Source: a virus (taxonomy: Duplodnaviria; Caudoviricetes). Taken from it: DNA of 64,000 bases. The translations under genes were made by a program, and so were the position numbers. The DNA lies in IMG/VR virus record IMGVR_UViG_3300028805_002025, positions 128,001 to 192,000 of that record; one strand, given 5' to 3'. Below, piece by piece: positions 8,133 to 18,133 of this stretch (position 1 is the first letter of the stretch; each line of letters begins with the position of its first letter). The notes below the pieces were generated by a model. That model was given only the letters and a program-made list of their open reading frames with translations, searched no databases and was not told the DNA's origin.

Positions 8133-11100
8133 TTAAAACTCCTTTATATGTTTAACTCTGTCCTTGACCTCTTCCTGCTTACCGTGATTAAAGGCCGTTG
8201 TATAATCCCCCGTGAGATAACCAGTCACTCTACGTAGTCTGCTGATGTTCTTACTTCCGCACATTGGACAAGTATCACCCATTTCATCGGTATATCCGCA
8301 GTCCTCACAGGTGTCGTTAGGGACGTTTATTGCAAAATAAGGTATGTTTTTATCCATAGCATAGAGCACAATTGCCTCCAGTGCATCCAGGTTGTGCTTA
8401 GTGGTGCTAGGAAGCTCCACATAAGTAATACATCCTGCTGTTGAGAAGCTTGTAAGTTGTGCTTCGATATCAATCTTCTGGAATGGTGACATGTCATGCC
8501 ATACTGGAACGTGCATTGAGTTAGTAAAGTACTCCCTGTCTGATACGTTAGGTATAACACCGAATCTGTCCTTGAACTTCTTCATGGCAGTGTAGCAAAG
8601 ATTCTCTGCTGGTGTAAAGTACACACCGAAGTTGAGCTTATATGTCTCTTTGAAGCCCTTAATCTTCTCACTGAACATTGTCTCAATCTCCTTGGCTACT
8701 TCCATACCCTTCTCTGTGGTGTGGTCTGTGTGTACGAGAATCTGTAGAGTCTCTGCAAGACCAAGTTGTCCAAGCGCAAGAGTACCATGCTTGAGTGCTG
8801 AGCGTATTCCCTCCTCTGGTATGTATCCAGCCATAGTTCTGTTCTCCCACATGAATCTTGCTGAAGCTGGTGACTGACTGCATATCCACTCGAATCTCTC
8901 GATGAGCATATCCTTAGCCTCGTCAATCTTCTTGTTAAGAATTTTCATAAACTCAGTGAATACCTCTTCGTCGGTATACTTTCTTTCTTCCTTGATAGCC
9001 TTCTCCTCAACCTTTTCCTTAGCCTCCATAGCAAGTGTAGGCATGATGACTGTAACAGGGCATATGTTACCCCTACCATCCTTCAACTGACCAAGACCAT
9101 TGATGTCGAAGCCATTGGCAGTTCTACAGTTATGTGTAACAGTTCCATCATTAATTATGTATAGACGGTCACCATCTAATTCAAAACCATAAAAATCACC
9201 AGAATTAACTTCTTCTACTGTAATTGTAGATGTATCAAAATTCCTCTTTGACGTACTACCAATACTTCTCTTATGTTCCATCAAATGTGGGTCATCATAT
9301 GAATGTATATTCAAATGATAATATGGCTTTAATACAGAACCTTCACATAATCCAACGCCTATAGTTTCACCTCTTGCATATATAACATTAGTATTATACC
9401 CTAATGAATCTGCAAGCCTTTTAGCTCCCTCTATTAGGTAGGTGTTTGTGTTACCAAAGCATACTGATTTTCTACCTCTTCCTGTTCTAGCCCAACCATC
9501 AGTATTAAGAAGTCCAGCAAGTAAAGCACTTCTCTGCTCCTTAGAGCCATAGAAATATTCTTCTGGTATATGTTTATTACCAATAAGGTTAAGTTCTATT
9601 AATGCCTGTCTAAACTTGTTACCCTCGTTCCTAGTATCTGAATCACAAACATCAACTAACAAACAGTTTTCACTATCCTCTTTTATTGTAAGCTTCTTAC
9701 CGATTGACTCTGCATAATCAGCTAAATCCTCAATTATCTGTGTTTCGTTTATATTAACACTAAAACGAGTATTATGTGAATTGCCGTCACCAAGCCATAA
9801 ACCAAGTATGTATGGAGGAATTAAGAATTCCTTTTCTGGTAATTCGTATGCTGACTTATAACCCTTGAAGAAACGCCTCTCATTTGCTGGAATCTCAAGA
9901 AAATCGTGAACAGATATGTTAACTTTATCTCCTTTATTAAATCCTCTATATTTTCTTGAAGCCGTATAAACAAGTGATAATATGTGTCCCTCATTCACCA
10001 CATACGATTCGGCTCTACTTTGACTAATTTTGAACAGTCTATCATTACCACGAATAAGCGATTGTACAGTTCTTACTTGGTCATTAACACCCATAATCTT
10101 ATCACCAACAACTACATCTTGAACCATTTTTTTAGTACCATCAGCCATTATAATAGGTGTGTCTTTTGCATGACAACCCATAGTGCTGAAATAAGTCCTT
10201 GGGTCGTTAGGGTCATAGCCTGCGTTACCAGTCCAATCACAGTTTGCATAGTTTGGATACAGTCTCTGTGATGTAGACTTGAGGGCTAACTTGAATAAGT
10301 CATAGTTAGGGTCTCCTTCTGCCTTGTTTACACCGTGCATCATCTGGAAGATTCCGCATGGGAAAATAGGTGTCTTATGATGTTTTCCAACTCCCTCTAT
10401 AGAGCCATCAAGAAGTGCCTTGATTACCATTCTTCCCTCTGGAAGTGTACAAGTTCCATAGTTGATAGATGTAAATGGGAGCTGGTTTCCGCTTCTGCTC
10501 TGTAATGTATTGAGGTTATGATACATACCTTCAACAGCCTGTATCAGTTCCTTCTGCGTCTGTTCAATAGCGTATGTGTATACGTTACCACTCTCCTTGT
10601 ACTTCTCGTCCTCTATGGACATTGAGTCATTAAATTCACTTAAATCCTTTACTCCTTCTATATATCTTGCTCCGTTCTTGAAATGCTTGTAGAATGATTT
10701 ACGTACATATGGGACCATCGTCCAATCAAGGTGCGTTGCCGACACGCCACCAAACTGCTGTAAACTCTGTAACTGGAAAATCACTGCAACAAGCTGCATT
10801 GCTGTATTGATACTATTTGCTGGTCTAACGTCAGTCTGTCTCGTATTGAAGCCCTTAGCAAGAAGGTCATCAAATGGAATTGAGAGACAGTTATGCATTC
10901 CAGCAGCATACGAATCCAGGTCATGAATATAGACCTCATTATTAAGGTGATTGTTTCTGGACTTCCTGGACATGCAATATTTCAATGCATAGTCCTTGAG
11001 AACCAGTCTGTTTACTTCGCCCATTCTACCGCCAAAGGAATGCTCGTCAACATTGGCGTTCTGGTTTGTCACGTTTGTGGCTAGGAGCTTCTTTGTAATG

Positions 11101-11390
11101 TCCTTGTACAGCTTGTCCTTGTTCTCACGAATCAGCTTGTGATTGTATCTGTAGATGATGTAGGCTTTTGCTACCTCTTTATCAATCTCCATCAGACACT
11201 TCTCGACGTTATCCTGTATGTCCTCCACATGTACTGTATCGTTTGACTGGATGTTGTAAATCCTTTTAATACAGTCGATTACCTTGTAATCTGGCTCTTT
11301 CCCACATGATGCAAACGCCCTTTCAATAGCACTTTCAATTTTCTGAATTTGGAACAATTCTTCTGTTTTGTCACGCTTGATTACTTGCAT
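8133..11390 (-). CDS. nrdD: class III anaerobic ribonucleotide reductase with ATP cone and intein
   Basis: VIKRD ATP cone, YIHDLD, HNC, MG/CRT active site, CEDC..CPMC Zn site, RRVTGYL glycyl-radical motif. Confidence 0.95.
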   Translation of the reverse strand: MQVIKRDKTEELFQIQKIESAIERAFASCGKEPDYKVIDCIKRIYNIQSNDTVHVEDIQDNVEKCLMEIDKEVAKAYIIYRYNHKLIRENKDKLYKDITKKLLATNVTNQNANVDEHSFGGRMGEVNRLVLKDYALKYCMSRKSRNNHLNNEVYIHDLDSYAAGMHNCLSIPFDDLLAKGFNTRQTDVRPANSINTAMQLVAVIFQLQSLQQFGGVSATHLDWTMVPYVRKSFYKHFKNGARYIEGVKDLSEFNDSMSIEDEKYKESGNVYTYAIEQTQKELIQAVEGMYHNLNTLQSRSGNQLPFTSINYGTCTLPEGRMVIKALLDGSIEGVGKHHKTPIFPCGIFQMMHGVNKAEGDPNYDLFKLALKSTSQRLYPNYANCDWTGNAGYDPNDPRTYFSTMGCHAKDTPIIMADGTKKMVQDVVVGDKIMGVNDQVRTVQSLIRGNDRLFKISQSRAESYVVNEGHILSLVYTASRKYRGFNKGDKVNISVHDFLEIPANERRFFKGYKSAYELPEKEFLIPPYILGLWLGDGNSHNTRFSVNINETQIIEDLADYAESIGKKLTIKEDSENCLLVDVCDSDTRNEGNKFRQALIELNLIGNKHIPEEYFYGSKEQRSALLAGLLNTDGWARTGRGRKSVCFGNTNTYLIEGAKRLADSLGYNTNVIYARGETIGVGLCEGSVLKPYYHLNIHSYDDPHLMEHKRSIGSTSKRNFDTSTITVEEVNSGDFYGFELDGDRLYIINDGTVTHNCRTANGFDINGLGQLKDGRGNICPVTVIMPTLAMEAKEKVEEKAIKEERKYTDEEVFTEFMKILNKKIDEAKDMLIERFEWICSQSPASARFMWENRTMAGYIPEEGIRSALKHGTLALGQLGLAETLQILVHTDHTTEKGMEVAKEIETMFSEKIKGFKETYKLNFGVYFTPAENLCYTAMKKFKDRFGVIPNVSDREYFTNSMHVPVWHDMSPFQKIDIEAQLTSFSTAGCITYVELPSTTKHNLDALEAIVLYAMDKNIPYFAINVPNDTCEDCGYTDEMGDTCPMCGSKNISRLRRVTGYLTGDYTTAFNHGKQEEVKDRVKHIKEF
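9129..10175 (-). mobile_element. intein (349 aa) with LAGLIDADG endonuclease in nrdD
   Basis: starts CHAKDTPIIMADG, ends VTHN before Cys; LGLWLGDG and LAGLLNTDG motifs; removal restores FSTMG-CRT. Confidence 0.93.
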
Positions 11391-11584
11391 AAACAAAAGT
11401 TCTTTTTTTAATTAAATTATTTTCTTCTCTTTTCGGTCAACCTTTTTTTTTACCATTGCAATGTTAAAATAAATATACCCTCATGGGGTAAAAATGAAGT
11501 CGATTTGAAAAGAAAATGGCTACCAATTTTATAACTCATTGATAGCCAAATTGGTGTGGTCTAAAAAAAAATCTAAAGAAAATT

Positions 11585-12985
11585 TTAGGTATTTTTGGCA
11601 AGCTTGAATACCTCTCTTCCAAGTGCCAACCTATCCTCCTGTTCCTTCTTTTTGACCTCGTACATACTGTCATATTCGTCAACGTTATCGGTGCTGATTC
11701 TACATGTACCATTATTGAATTCCACGTTGTTAAGCACCTTTCCACTCTTACCAGCTCTGTTCTTTAGGATGGCTATTGTAGCCTTGTTATTGCTTATATC
11801 CTCCACAGTCCTGGCTATTGACATTATGACATGTGCTATTTGGGCTTTCTTGACAGAACCACCTATCTTATCCATCGTTACGAGTTCAAGGTTTATAGAG
11901 TCCTTTGTACCCTGTGATGGAATCCAGATTGCCATATCAAGCTCTCCAGCCATTGCCTCGAACCTACGCATCGTCCTACCCTCTTTCTCAAACTCGTTGG
12001 TAACTGACTTATCAGCCTCATGTTCAAGGCACTCGAAGTAATCCACAATGGTAAGGTCTGGCTTGAATCCAGTATTGATAAGCTTCTTGATGAATCTCTC
12101 AATCTGTCTTGCTGTCTTCTCACCACTTGGGAACTTGACAATTCTAAGGTTCTCTTGTAGTTTCTCTTTATCTGGGAACTGTTCAAGAGTCTGCTTCACC
12201 TGTTCTATGACACCTGGTTTTGACAAGTCCTTTGCTTCAATTCCAGTAATCCTTCCTATATGTTTTCTCTGAATCTGCTTGATTCTGTCCTCGAAGACAA
12301 TCTGCAACACCTTGAATCCACTCAATGCGGCATGTGAAGCCATAGCTGTGGTGAGACTGGTCTTACCAAAGGAAGTAGGACCGATTATAACACCTAACTC
12401 TCCCTTTCCAAGTCCACCTTCAAGAATCTCATCAATTTTTCCAATACCTGTTGGAATAGGGGTTCTGTAGTCATCAGACAGTGTTTCACTGATGTTATCG
12501 AATAGGCACTCACCAAAGTCATTGTGTATTCCCTTCGTCATCGCATCATTCAACAGGTTGACGCATGCATCATACTTATCTGAATCACCGTCACCAGCAA
12601 CCTTAAGAATTTCGTTTGCGGTCTTGATTATATTCTGTTGTCTGAAGAACTTTTCAGCAAGGTCTCTCGTCCTCTCAACACCGTTTGATGGTGCTTCCTT
12701 AACTTTCTCCAGTACAGCCAGATATGTCTCGGTTTCCTTCTCTGAGTGAGATATGTTCCTAAGCTCAATCTCCATGTAGTCGTACTTAGGAACACTACCC
12801 TCTCGCTCATAGTAGTTCTTCATCACACCCACAAACGTCTTAAGATTGGGGTCTGTGAACATATTCTGGTCTATAATAGGGCTTAAGTCCTCAAAGAAAG
12901 TGTGGTTTTCCATGAACTCATGGGCTAATTTGTACTGGTATGCTTCACCAAGATACCCTAAATTATCCTTTCTCTGTTGAGCCAT
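11585..12985 (-). CDS. dnaB: replicative DNA helicase (DnaB / T4 gp41-like)
   Basis: IPTGIGKIDEILEGGLGKGEL, Walker A GPTSFGKT, IVDYFE, SQ, KNRAG. Confidence 0.9.
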   Translation of the reverse strand: MAQQRKDNLGYLGEAYQYKLAHEFMENHTFFEDLSPIIDQNMFTDPNLKTFVGVMKNYYEREGSVPKYDYMEIELRNISHSEKETETYLAVLEKVKEAPSNGVERTRDLAEKFFRQQNIIKTANEILKVAGDGDSDKYDACVNLLNDAMTKGIHNDFGECLFDNISETLSDDYRTPIPTGIGKIDEILEGGLGKGELGVIIGPTSFGKTSLTTAMASHAALSGFKVLQIVFEDRIKQIQRKHIGRITGIEAKDLSKPGVIEQVKQTLEQFPDKEKLQENLRIVKFPSGEKTARQIERFIKKLINTGFKPDLTIVDYFECLEHEADKSVTNEFEKEGRTMRRFEAMAGELDMAIWIPSQGTKDSINLELVTMDKIGGSVKKAQIAHVIMSIARTVEDISNNKATIAILKNRAGKSGKVLNNVEFNNGTCRISTDNVDEYDSMYEVKKKEQEDRLALGREVFKLAKNT

Positions 12986-13000
12986 CGTATAAACCTCCTA

Positions 13001-13822
13001 TTAATAATATAAAGACCTTAGATACTTTTTAGTTTTCTCTGCTACCGCACGTCCCCATGCGTTTTCATTCCTCTTATTTGCAAGATACAGACTGTAAGCA
13101 TACTTTTTAGGCTTACCAATCTTCTTGCACACTACAGTCCCATCCTCTGCCGTTTCCTTGGTTGAACCTGGAAAGTACTCTTCCACAGTGGTGAACTGGC
13201 TAAGATACTTGGAGTTGTCCTTTGGGTCAAAGTAACCCTTCTCCTTGATTTCCTCACGTGATGGTGAGCAAGCCTCACAAATCTTCTTGGTAATCTGTAA
13301 GAGCACGTCTGGTTTGTCGGTAATCATGCTTCTCAATACCTCATGCTCAAATGATAGCCTACCCTCATTTACCTTAAAGAAAGACTCCTTGTCGTAAACG
13401 AATGTCTGCCCGTCCTTTCCAGTCACCTTCACGCTCTTGTTGCTTAGGTCTACCTTTTCACGGATTGCCTTAGGATATGCATAGCCATCCCAGATTCTTG
13501 TGATGACATCACGCTTGTTGTCCGACACTACGAACTTGAAGGTGCAAGCCCAAGGCTCAATCAACTTGGAATCGAATTCGTCTCCTGGCACTGGGTCTGC
13601 TGGATTGTAGTAATACCATGTGTAAACTCTACTCTTTGATTTCAAGTCATCATCTATTAATTTGACGATTTCATCGACCTTTAACTTGAAATCCAAGGTG
13701 TTCATACTGTTCTCGATGAAGTTGAAGATTCTAAAGTTTCTCTTACAAATGATGTTGTCATTAACGTAGAGTGTGAACTCAAATCTTTCTTCTTTGTAAT
13801 CCTTTTCCTTAATTACTTCCAT
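13001..13822 (-). CDS. hypothetical protein upstream of helicase
   Basis: 273 aa ORF, genome-typical codon usage, own promoter. Confidence 0.8.
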   Translation of the reverse strand: MEVIKEKDYKEERFEFTLYVNDNIICKRNFRIFNFIENSMNTLDFKLKVDEIVKLIDDDLKSKSRVYTWYYYNPADPVPGDEFDSKLIEPWACTFKFVVSDNKRDVITRIWDGYAYPKAIREKVDLSNKSVKVTGKDGQTFVYDKESFFKVNEGRLSFEHEVLRSMITDKPDVLLQITKKICEACSPSREEIKEKGYFDPKDNSKYLSQFTTVEEYFPGSTKETAEDGTVVCKKIGKPKKYAYSLYLANKRNENAWGRAVAEKTKKYLRSLYY

Positions 13823-13884
13823 AAATTAAAATGTTAAGTTAAACAATAAAAAAATATTTCACAAATCAATTTCAGTTTTCTGAA

Positions 13885-13927
13885 GCAAAGATATATAAAA
13901 AATGTTAAAAAAACAAATTTTTAACTA
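13885..13927 (-). promoter_or_regulatory. sigma-A promoter with weak hairpin
   Basis: TTTG-N20-TATCTTTG; 32 nt identical to 21965-21996. Confidence 0.8.
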
Positions 13928-13936
13928 AAAAAATTT

Positions 13937-14299
13937 TCAGATACCAAAATATTCGTATACATCATTTATCTTAAAATTACGTTTGGTAGTACCCTTACCA
14001 TTAAGTTTCTCTATAGCATATTTTTCAAAACTATAAAACCAATCTCTATCACTTGAAACATTGAATGAAACAATATATGGATTATTCACACAAAGTCTTA
14101 TACACTCTATGGGAACTTTATTAGTCATAACTTCTGGATAATAGTGGAACAAAAGTCTGAGACGAGTCATATCCCTTATTCTACCCTGCTGTTTCAACTC
14201 CTTGTATAAACGCTTGATGGAAACACACCTAACCTCCAAATCAGTGAAACTCTCACTATTGGGGTTAATATTACTCACAATTTCTTTTATACTCTTCAT
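13937..14299 (-). CDS. hypothetical protein
   Basis: 120 aa ORF filling the gap; overlaps upstream gene by 29 nt, start uncertain. Confidence 0.55.
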   Translation of the reverse strand: MKSIKEIVSNINPNSESFTDLEVRCVSIKRLYKELKQQGRIRDMTRLRLLFHYYPEVMTNKVPIECIRLCVNNPYIVSFNVSSDRDWFYSFEKYAIEKLNGKGTTKRNFKINDVYEYFGI

Positions 14300-15437
14300 A
14301 TCTCTTATTCTCCATTAAAATTATACGACCATATGGTGCTAAAACGTCACCGAACTTTGTCTCATCTAATAAATCAAACATCCTGTTGTCATTCACAATC
14401 TTATAGGCGGTCTTTGCGTTCCTGTTACTAGTGTCTATTGGTGCATACAACACATCATTCAACTCCTCAGCAGCCTCCTTGGTTAACAATGGTTCTGACA
14501 GGTCTATAATTTTCCTGTTAATCTCATACAGTTTATCCCCCTGGCAACCATCTGTGACCCCGTTAATAATGTTTTCGAGCACTTTGAGAGGTTTTTGCTT
14601 GTGCTGCTTTCTCTCCTCCAGTATTTCCTTCGAACGCCCTATGATGAAGTCCAAATCAATCTTCCTGTCAACAATCTCTGGGAAATACTTAATGAGTGTC
14701 TGCTGACCAACTCCCTTTACCCCCTTTATGTTATCAGACGGGTCTCCACAAAGCATTTTTTCCAAGACAATATTCTCATGTGTAATACCAAGTACCTTAA
14801 TTGTATCGGTATCCTTGATTAAATCCCTCTTATTCGGTATATACACACATACATTCTCTGATATAAGCTGTGTTAGGTCTCTATCTGAGGAGAATATAAC
14901 AATCTTCTCATTGTCCTTCCTGTTCTTCACATAGTTGGCGATAAGGTCATCACCCTCAACGTTCTCGAACTCATACTGCCTTACACACAGTTCCTCCAGC
15001 ATGGTCTGGATTATATACTTCTGGCTTTCAAACAGCTCATCTTCTATTTCCTTCTCAGACTTTTTCTTCTTACTAGCATATACAGCTTTCTGAAAGTTCT
15101 CTATATACTTGTCATAATCTGTCTTCTCAGTGGCATTGTTCTCATAGTTCTTACCACGATTAGCCTTATAGTCCTCGTAGTACTTCCATCTTAGGACACC
15201 AGAACCCTTTCCGTCCCAGCACACTATGCAGTAGTTAAAATCCTTCCTCTTCAACAGTTCTCCAAGCAGGCGTATAAATGTGAATACTGCCCCATATACC
15301 TCTCCCCTGTCATTCATTCTTCTATCAACCAGGGAGATTTTAAGTAAATTTGTTCCATCAACCACCAATGTATATAACCATTTGTTAGTTGTGATATTAT
15401 TTGCCTCAGCAACTCTTTTCTTTATAGGCTGTCTCAT
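14271..15437 (-). CDS. 5'-3' exonuclease (T4 RNase H / PolA N-terminal-like)
   Basis: LVVDG, YKANR, EGDDLIA, SSDRDL, GDPSDNIKGVKGVG. Confidence 0.9.
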   Translation of the reverse strand: MRQPIKKRVAEANNITTNKWLYTLVVDGTNLLKISLVDRRMNDRGEVYGAVFTFIRLLGELLKRKDFNYCIVCWDGKGSGVLRWKYYEDYKANRGKNYENNATEKTDYDKYIENFQKAVYASKKKKSEKEIEDELFESQKYIIQTMLEELCVRQYEFENVEGDDLIANYVKNRKDNEKIVIFSSDRDLTQLISENVCVYIPNKRDLIKDTDTIKVLGITHENIVLEKMLCGDPSDNIKGVKGVGQQTLIKYFPEIVDRKIDLDFIIGRSKEILEERKQHKQKPLKVLENIINGVTDGCQGDKLYEINRKIIDLSEPLLTKEAAEELNDVLYAPIDTSNRNAKTAYKIVNDNRMFDLLDETKFGDVLAPYGRIILMENKRYEEYKRNCE

Positions 15438-15451
15438 TATCTTTTATTTAA

Positions 15452-15486
15452 TGCAAAGATATATAAAAAAAGTTAAAAAACCAAAT
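15452..15486 (-). promoter_or_regulatory. sigma-A promoter
   Basis: TTTG-N20-TATCTTTG. Confidence 0.8.
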
Positions 15487-15494
15487 TTTTAAGG

Positions 15495-15501
15495 TATTTA
15501 T
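15495..15501 (+). promoter_or_regulatory. putative late promoter TATTTAT
   Basis: about 19 nt before ATG 15521. Confidence 0.55.
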
Positions 15502-15520
15502 TGTTAAAAATCATATTTTA

Positions 15521-18031
15521 ATGGAAAGGAATATAAATGATAATTTCATTGAAGATATAATCAAGGAAATGTTTCGTGGTACTAACGAAGCATTATTGTC
15601 TGAAGTAGATACAGCCGCTATTACTATGGCTAAACAAGACCTCAGCAATAAATTTGAAAAATATCTCAATGACCCAGAAGCTAAGAAAAGAACACAGAAC
15701 CTGGCGAAGAACTATGGTGTAAACTTGGATAGGGGAGCTGAGCGTAAAGCATACAAGGACAGTATGCTTGGTGTCACTAACTCTGATGACCCAAATACTG
15801 TAGTTCCAAAGGGTTCATATGAGAAAGCAGTTGATACTATCGGTGGTGAATTAAAAGATGCTCTTAGAGACTACAACATATGGGTAGACCCTAAGACCCC
15901 TAAAGAAGTAAGGGCTGAACTTGGTAAGAAATGGGGTGGATTCGCTGGCTTCCAAAGATACAAGGATATTGCAGATAAAATGTCTCTTACCCCTGCTTAC
16001 GACCAACAACACGCTAAAGAAGCTGGCATTAATGTAGCACCATTTGGAACTAACTATCAGACAGTAGCCCCTAATGGTGAAATGTCTCTTACCCCTAATA
16101 AACCTGTATCAACTCCAGAGAAGGTTAACAAGTCTGGTGAGGTGGTTAGACCTTTTAAGCCTGCTGACGCTGTTACTGGTTATGATTTCGAGAATCTTGA
16201 CCTAACTAATGTACCAGACAAGGACATTATAAAGTACTTCAAGACTGGAACTAGAAAAGACCATCCATACGATGAAAAGACTGGTGAGAGGACAAACCCT
16301 AACAAGAACAGAACATATGCTGAACTTGCTAACATGGCAGATAAGGGTAACAAGAGGGCAATGTCTGACCTAAAGAACCTATATTTCAAGGCAATGTTTA
16401 ATAAATTGCTCAACAGTAAATTCGGTTATGACTTCAAGATGCCTACATCAATGTATACCTATGGTAACGCAAAACTTCCAAACGATACATTGGTGATTAA
16501 CTTTACTACAGCACACAGATGCCCAGCATGGAACGACTGTCTTGTTGGATATGCCTGCTATGCAAGAGGCTCAGAGCATAACTACGAAGGACTACATAAG
16601 AAGAACTCAAACCTTCACCTCATGTGGTCATCAGCTAAACATGACAGTAGCCTTCTTAATGCAATGTTCAACGTCATAAAGATGCACCTTATTAATCCTG
16701 GTAACATAGCTACTTCGCTTCTAAATGACCCAAATACACAAGGGAAATGGTTTGAAATACTTGGTGATAAGGAAGCCAATTTTACACCATTGAACAAGAA
16801 GACCTTAATTGGCATGACCCCTAAAACGCAGAACACGCTTGCAATGCCTAGTAAGAACGAGCCAGAAGAGGATGAAATGCCAACTGAAGGTAGAACGCTT
16901 CTAGGACAGGCACTACAGGAGGTTATGGGCGAAGCTGGTAGAAATACTGGTCTTCCTAAAGCACCTAAGAAACCTAAAGGTGCTAGAGACAATCTCGCTG
17001 GACTCATATTCACGCATAAGTTCCAGGATTTGTTCGATGAGAAAGATATTGAGGTTATCAAGAATAAACCAAACTCTTTCAGAGCTAAGTTCATAAGGCT
17101 CAATGAGGAAGGTGACTTTATCGGACAATGGCTTCTCGATGCATTTGATGAATTTGCTGGAGAATTGAAAGTACTTGGTATCAGTACTGCCGCATATACA
17201 TGTAGAAATCTTAATTTCACAAAGATACAGAATATAATAATCAACGCTTCCACCATGAATGTTGGAACAGGCGGTGAAGAAGACGGAAACGTTTCGAATG
17301 CTATAGCAAGAAGATTCTTTGCTGTAAGCTCAGAACTTTATAACCGCCTTGATGACACATATGTACCTACTGGAAGGAAGATTAACTACATCGTACCAGA
17401 CGGTAAAATACCTAAGGGTGAATATGATGGAAAGAAACCTCTTGTACCGTTGCACGAAACTGGAGACGGTCTGCATGTTAAGTACAACTTGAAAGCATTT
17501 ACCAACGGTGAGGACACCACTAATCCAGAAACGTTCAATGACAGATTCGACCCTAACGGCTCTACAATTAAACGTAGACTGTACTACAAGTGCCCTTGTG
17601 GAAGACATGGTGATGTTCTTGGCGACAACGGTAAACCTTTAAAGATGGACTGCTATTTGTGTAGAATGTGTTATGAACCTAAAGACCAAAAAGTCGGTGA
17701 AATATATGTGCTTGTTGAAGTTCATGGAGATAATATAGATTCTTTCGATATGAACAAAGCAAACCAGCAACGTGGAATAAGCAACAACATGGCTACATAC
17801 AGAGAGGCTAAAGCAATATTTGCCAACAGGCTATGCGAGGAGCATAAGCAGGCTGAGGAAAAAGGTCTTGAATTAGTTGGGCAGAACATAATAGAAAGTG
17901 TTAAAAACAGATTATCAAAAATAGGTAATAAAGCGTTGGATGAGATACCAATGGAGTCCAAGAAGTTCAACGACATGGTTAAGCTTATAGAGAAAGCAGA
18001 TAAAAACAGAGGTAATAAGATAATAGATTAA
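15521..18031 (+). CDS. large protein with gp88-like Cys-rich (radical-SAM-like) domain, possibly virion-packaged
   Basis: reads on + strand (ATGGAAAGG at 15521, TAA at 18029-18031); GNAKLP, CPAWNDCLVGYACYA, RLNEEGDF, AYT, CPC...CYLCRMC. Confidence 0.65.
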   Translation: MERNINDNFIEDIIKEMFRGTNEALLSEVDTAAITMAKQDLSNKFEKYLNDPEAKKRTQNLAKNYGVNLDRGAERKAYKDSMLGVTNSDDPNTVVPKGSYEKAVDTIGGELKDALRDYNIWVDPKTPKEVRAELGKKWGGFAGFQRYKDIADKMSLTPAYDQQHAKEAGINVAPFGTNYQTVAPNGEMSLTPNKPVSTPEKVNKSGEVVRPFKPADAVTGYDFENLDLTNVPDKDIIKYFKTGTRKDHPYDEKTGERTNPNKNRTYAELANMADKGNKRAMSDLKNLYFKAMFNKLLNSKFGYDFKMPTSMYTYGNAKLPNDTLVINFTTAHRCPAWNDCLVGYACYARGSEHNYEGLHKKNSNLHLMWSSAKHDSSLLNAMFNVIKMHLINPGNIATSLLNDPNTQGKWFEILGDKEANFTPLNKKTLIGMTPKTQNTLAMPSKNEPEEDEMPTEGRTLLGQALQEVMGEAGRNTGLPKAPKKPKGARDNLAGLIFTHKFQDLFDEKDIEVIKNKPNSFRAKFIRLNEEGDFIGQWLLDAFDEFAGELKVLGISTAAYTCRNLNFTKIQNIIINASTMNVGTGGEEDGNVSNAIARRFFAVSSELYNRLDDTYVPTGRKINYIVPDGKIPKGEYDGKKPLVPLHETGDGLHVKYNLKAFTNGEDTTNPETFNDRFDPNGSTIKRRLYYKCPCGRHGDVLGDNGKPLKMDCYLCRMCYEPKDQKVGEIYVLVEVHGDNIDSFDMNKANQQRGISNNMATYREAKAIFANRLCEEHKQAEEKGLELVGQNIIESVKNRLSKIGNKALDEIPMESKKFNDMVKLIEKADKNRGNKIID

Positions 18032-18032
18032 T

Positions 18033-18066
18033 AAAAAAGGGTAGGAAAAGAACTCTTCCTACCCTT
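18033..18066 (-). terminator. intrinsic terminator
   Basis: AAGGGTAGGAAGA-GTTC-TTTTCCTACCCTT then T-tract on minus strand. Confidence 0.8.
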
Positions 18067-18131
18067 AACGTTATCAACAATCAAACAACGATTAGATTTT
18101 AAGGTTAATCTAAAAAACCAACTCAAACAAC
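18033..18131 (-). ncRNA. candidate small RNA of about 100 nt
   Basis: lies between a consensus promoter and a minus-oriented terminator; no ATG; internal hairpin. Confidence 0.45.
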
Positions 18132-18133
18132 GA

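Noticed and set aside
15521-18031. Minus-strand label in the ORF track (also 56436..59729)
   Set aside because: The listed proteins read directly from the + strand, with ATG at the low coordinate and TAA at the high coordinate.
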